Assembly: GCA_965603825.1 (NCBI GenBank)
Contig: CBFDEM010000024.1
Location: 124,001-188,000, forward strand
Source: Blepharisma stoltei ATCC 30299
Taxonomy: Eukaryota > Protista > Ciliophora
Length of the DNA stretch: 64,000 bases
Direction: 5' to 3'
Shown: positions 62,499 to 64,000 of the stretch, in pieces
How the letters are laid out: every line of letters starts with the position of its first letter
How positions within the stretch are numbered: position 1 is the first letter of the stretch
Translations under genes and position numbers: made by a program
Notes under the pieces: model-generated
Seen by the model: the letters and a program-made list of their open reading frames with translations, nothing else
The model's database searches: none
What the model was told of the DNA's origin: nothing

Positions 62499-62910
62499 AT
62501 TTTTAATTTTATAATAATTAACTCGAAATAAAAATTTGCAGAAATTTAAAAGGGAGTATGAAAAAGGACTTTTGATGCTGAATTTTATTTAACAATAAAT
62601 ATGAGTTGCTTTTCAAATAATCTTAGGCTTTCTTTTAAGAAGTGAAAATTCTTTTTCTTAATGCTATTATATGTTATTCATTATAATTGATTGTCTTTTG
62701 AAAAATTGCATCTCCTTATTTCAATTATTTAGCAAACTTATTTTCTTCAATAATTTTTTCTTCATATTTGATTAGAAATAGCAATTGAGCTGATCATGAT
62801 TTTATTATATTATTAGTAAACTTTCTCTTAATAATGATTAGCTGAATTGTTTCACAATCTTGCCGATATATATATTCTTGTGATTTATTACTGATTTCTT
62901 ACTAATAATT

Positions 62911-64000
62911 ATGAACAACTCAGCAGAAGATAAAAATTCTGTGCAGGACGGCAAGCAGGAGCAGCCCAGCGATGGGCTATCTTATACAGAATCACTTGTA
63001 TCGTTCTGAAAAGAAGGATCATCCATTTCTGAGCACATTTCAAAACTCCAGTCAGAAAGATCTGGCTCATTTGATGTTCTTGAAGAAGGCAGAAGCTCTA
63101 TTGAAGAAATTACCTCGAAATTCAAAGCAATTATCAAAAAAGTTACAGATCCTAAAGAAAAGGCTTCACTACTTTTAGATATGAACAAAATTATCACCAA
63201 AGTTAAGGCCAAGGCTTATGACTCTGAATTCATTAGAAAAAGGGATAAATTAGCTTACGTTTTTTTTACTCTTAGGCTTATCCTTGGGACTTATTTATTA
63301 GGAAGATGGCCTTGCTATTATCCATGGTTCCATGTGATTTCTGCGTTAATTATGATACCAGCCAGATTTTTTTATTTCAGAAGCTTAAGGTATCATTACT
63401 TCTTACTCGATTTTTGTTATTGGGCTAATTTGATTATTGTGCTTTATTTATCAGTATACAGAGATAATCAAATTTTATATAATGTAGCCCTTGCTTTTTC
63501 TACTGGCCCATTATTGGCATCAGTGCCAATATTCAATAATGCAATTGTTTTTCATTCCCTTGACAAAATTACCAGCAATTTCATACATTTAAGCCCTTCT
63601 ATTGCTTTATGGTCTTTGAGAACAGATAGCTGCTCAGCAAACATAGAGCCTTTGCCGTTTTTGGATTACTATTTTTATGCAGTAGCATTTTATTCAACTT
63701 GGGTTATTCCATATACCCTTATTGTGTTTAAATTTACCTTTGAAAGGTGTAAAAGAAAGGATAATCTGACACTATATTCATGGATGATGGAGGACAAAGA
63801 AAGTAATTATTATAATTATGGAGGCAAATTTGGAGAAAAATACAGACCTTTAATGTTTGTCAGTCATCATGCTATTATAAATATACTGTTATTGGGAGTT
63901 GCATATTTGGCTTTGACACATTTTTATATTCATACAGCGTTTATTGGAGTAATTTTATTGAGTTCTCTGTGGAATGCAGCAAATTATTATATTGAATTTT
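62911..64000 (+). CDS. GPC1: Glycerophosphocholine acyltransferase (Gpc1/DUF2838), 3'-truncated by the window edge
   Basis: RDKLAY, YHYFLLDFCYWAN, GPLLASV..FNNAIVFHSLDKITSNFIHLSP, WNAANYYIEF. Confidence 0.88.

Overview
This is AT-rich, gene-dense eukaryotic DNA, not prokaryotic. The supplied ORF track is fragmented because UGA encodes Trp here, so only UAA/UAG stop translation, and because genes carry tiny 15-17 nt GT-AG introns with an invariant A six nucleotides from the 3' end. This combination matches a heterotrich ciliate macronuclear genome of the Blepharisma type (inference). Re-reading with that code gives about 40 protein genes. Housekeeping or general genes: MFS and amino-acid transporters, a cNMP-binding K-channel, Cdc20, BCKDH E1-beta, nucleoredoxin, transportin-like karyopherin, USP, PHD/PZP protein, PP2C, aspartic protease, RRM protein, RPL9, MAP3K-like kinase, GPCAT. 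Most notable items: (1) a tandem pair of single-chain DOMON + cytochrome b561 + cytochrome b5 + FAD/NAD reductase proteins, i.e. a complete trans-membrane electron wire in one polypeptide; (2) a tandem trio of secreted three-blade RSL/AAL-type fucose lectins (stalked, pseudogenised and stalk-less); (3) a short-form PhzC-like class II DAHP synthase; (4) two O-methyltransferase-fold proteins lacking the catalytic His; (5) a 7TM-PIP kinase fusion; (6) a decayed 5S rRNA copy with a triplicated internal promoter segment; (7) SERBP1/Stm1-like duplicates that captured a neighbour's 5' end; (8) gene junctions of only 0-13 bp. All family assignments come from motif recognition by eye; no database search was run.
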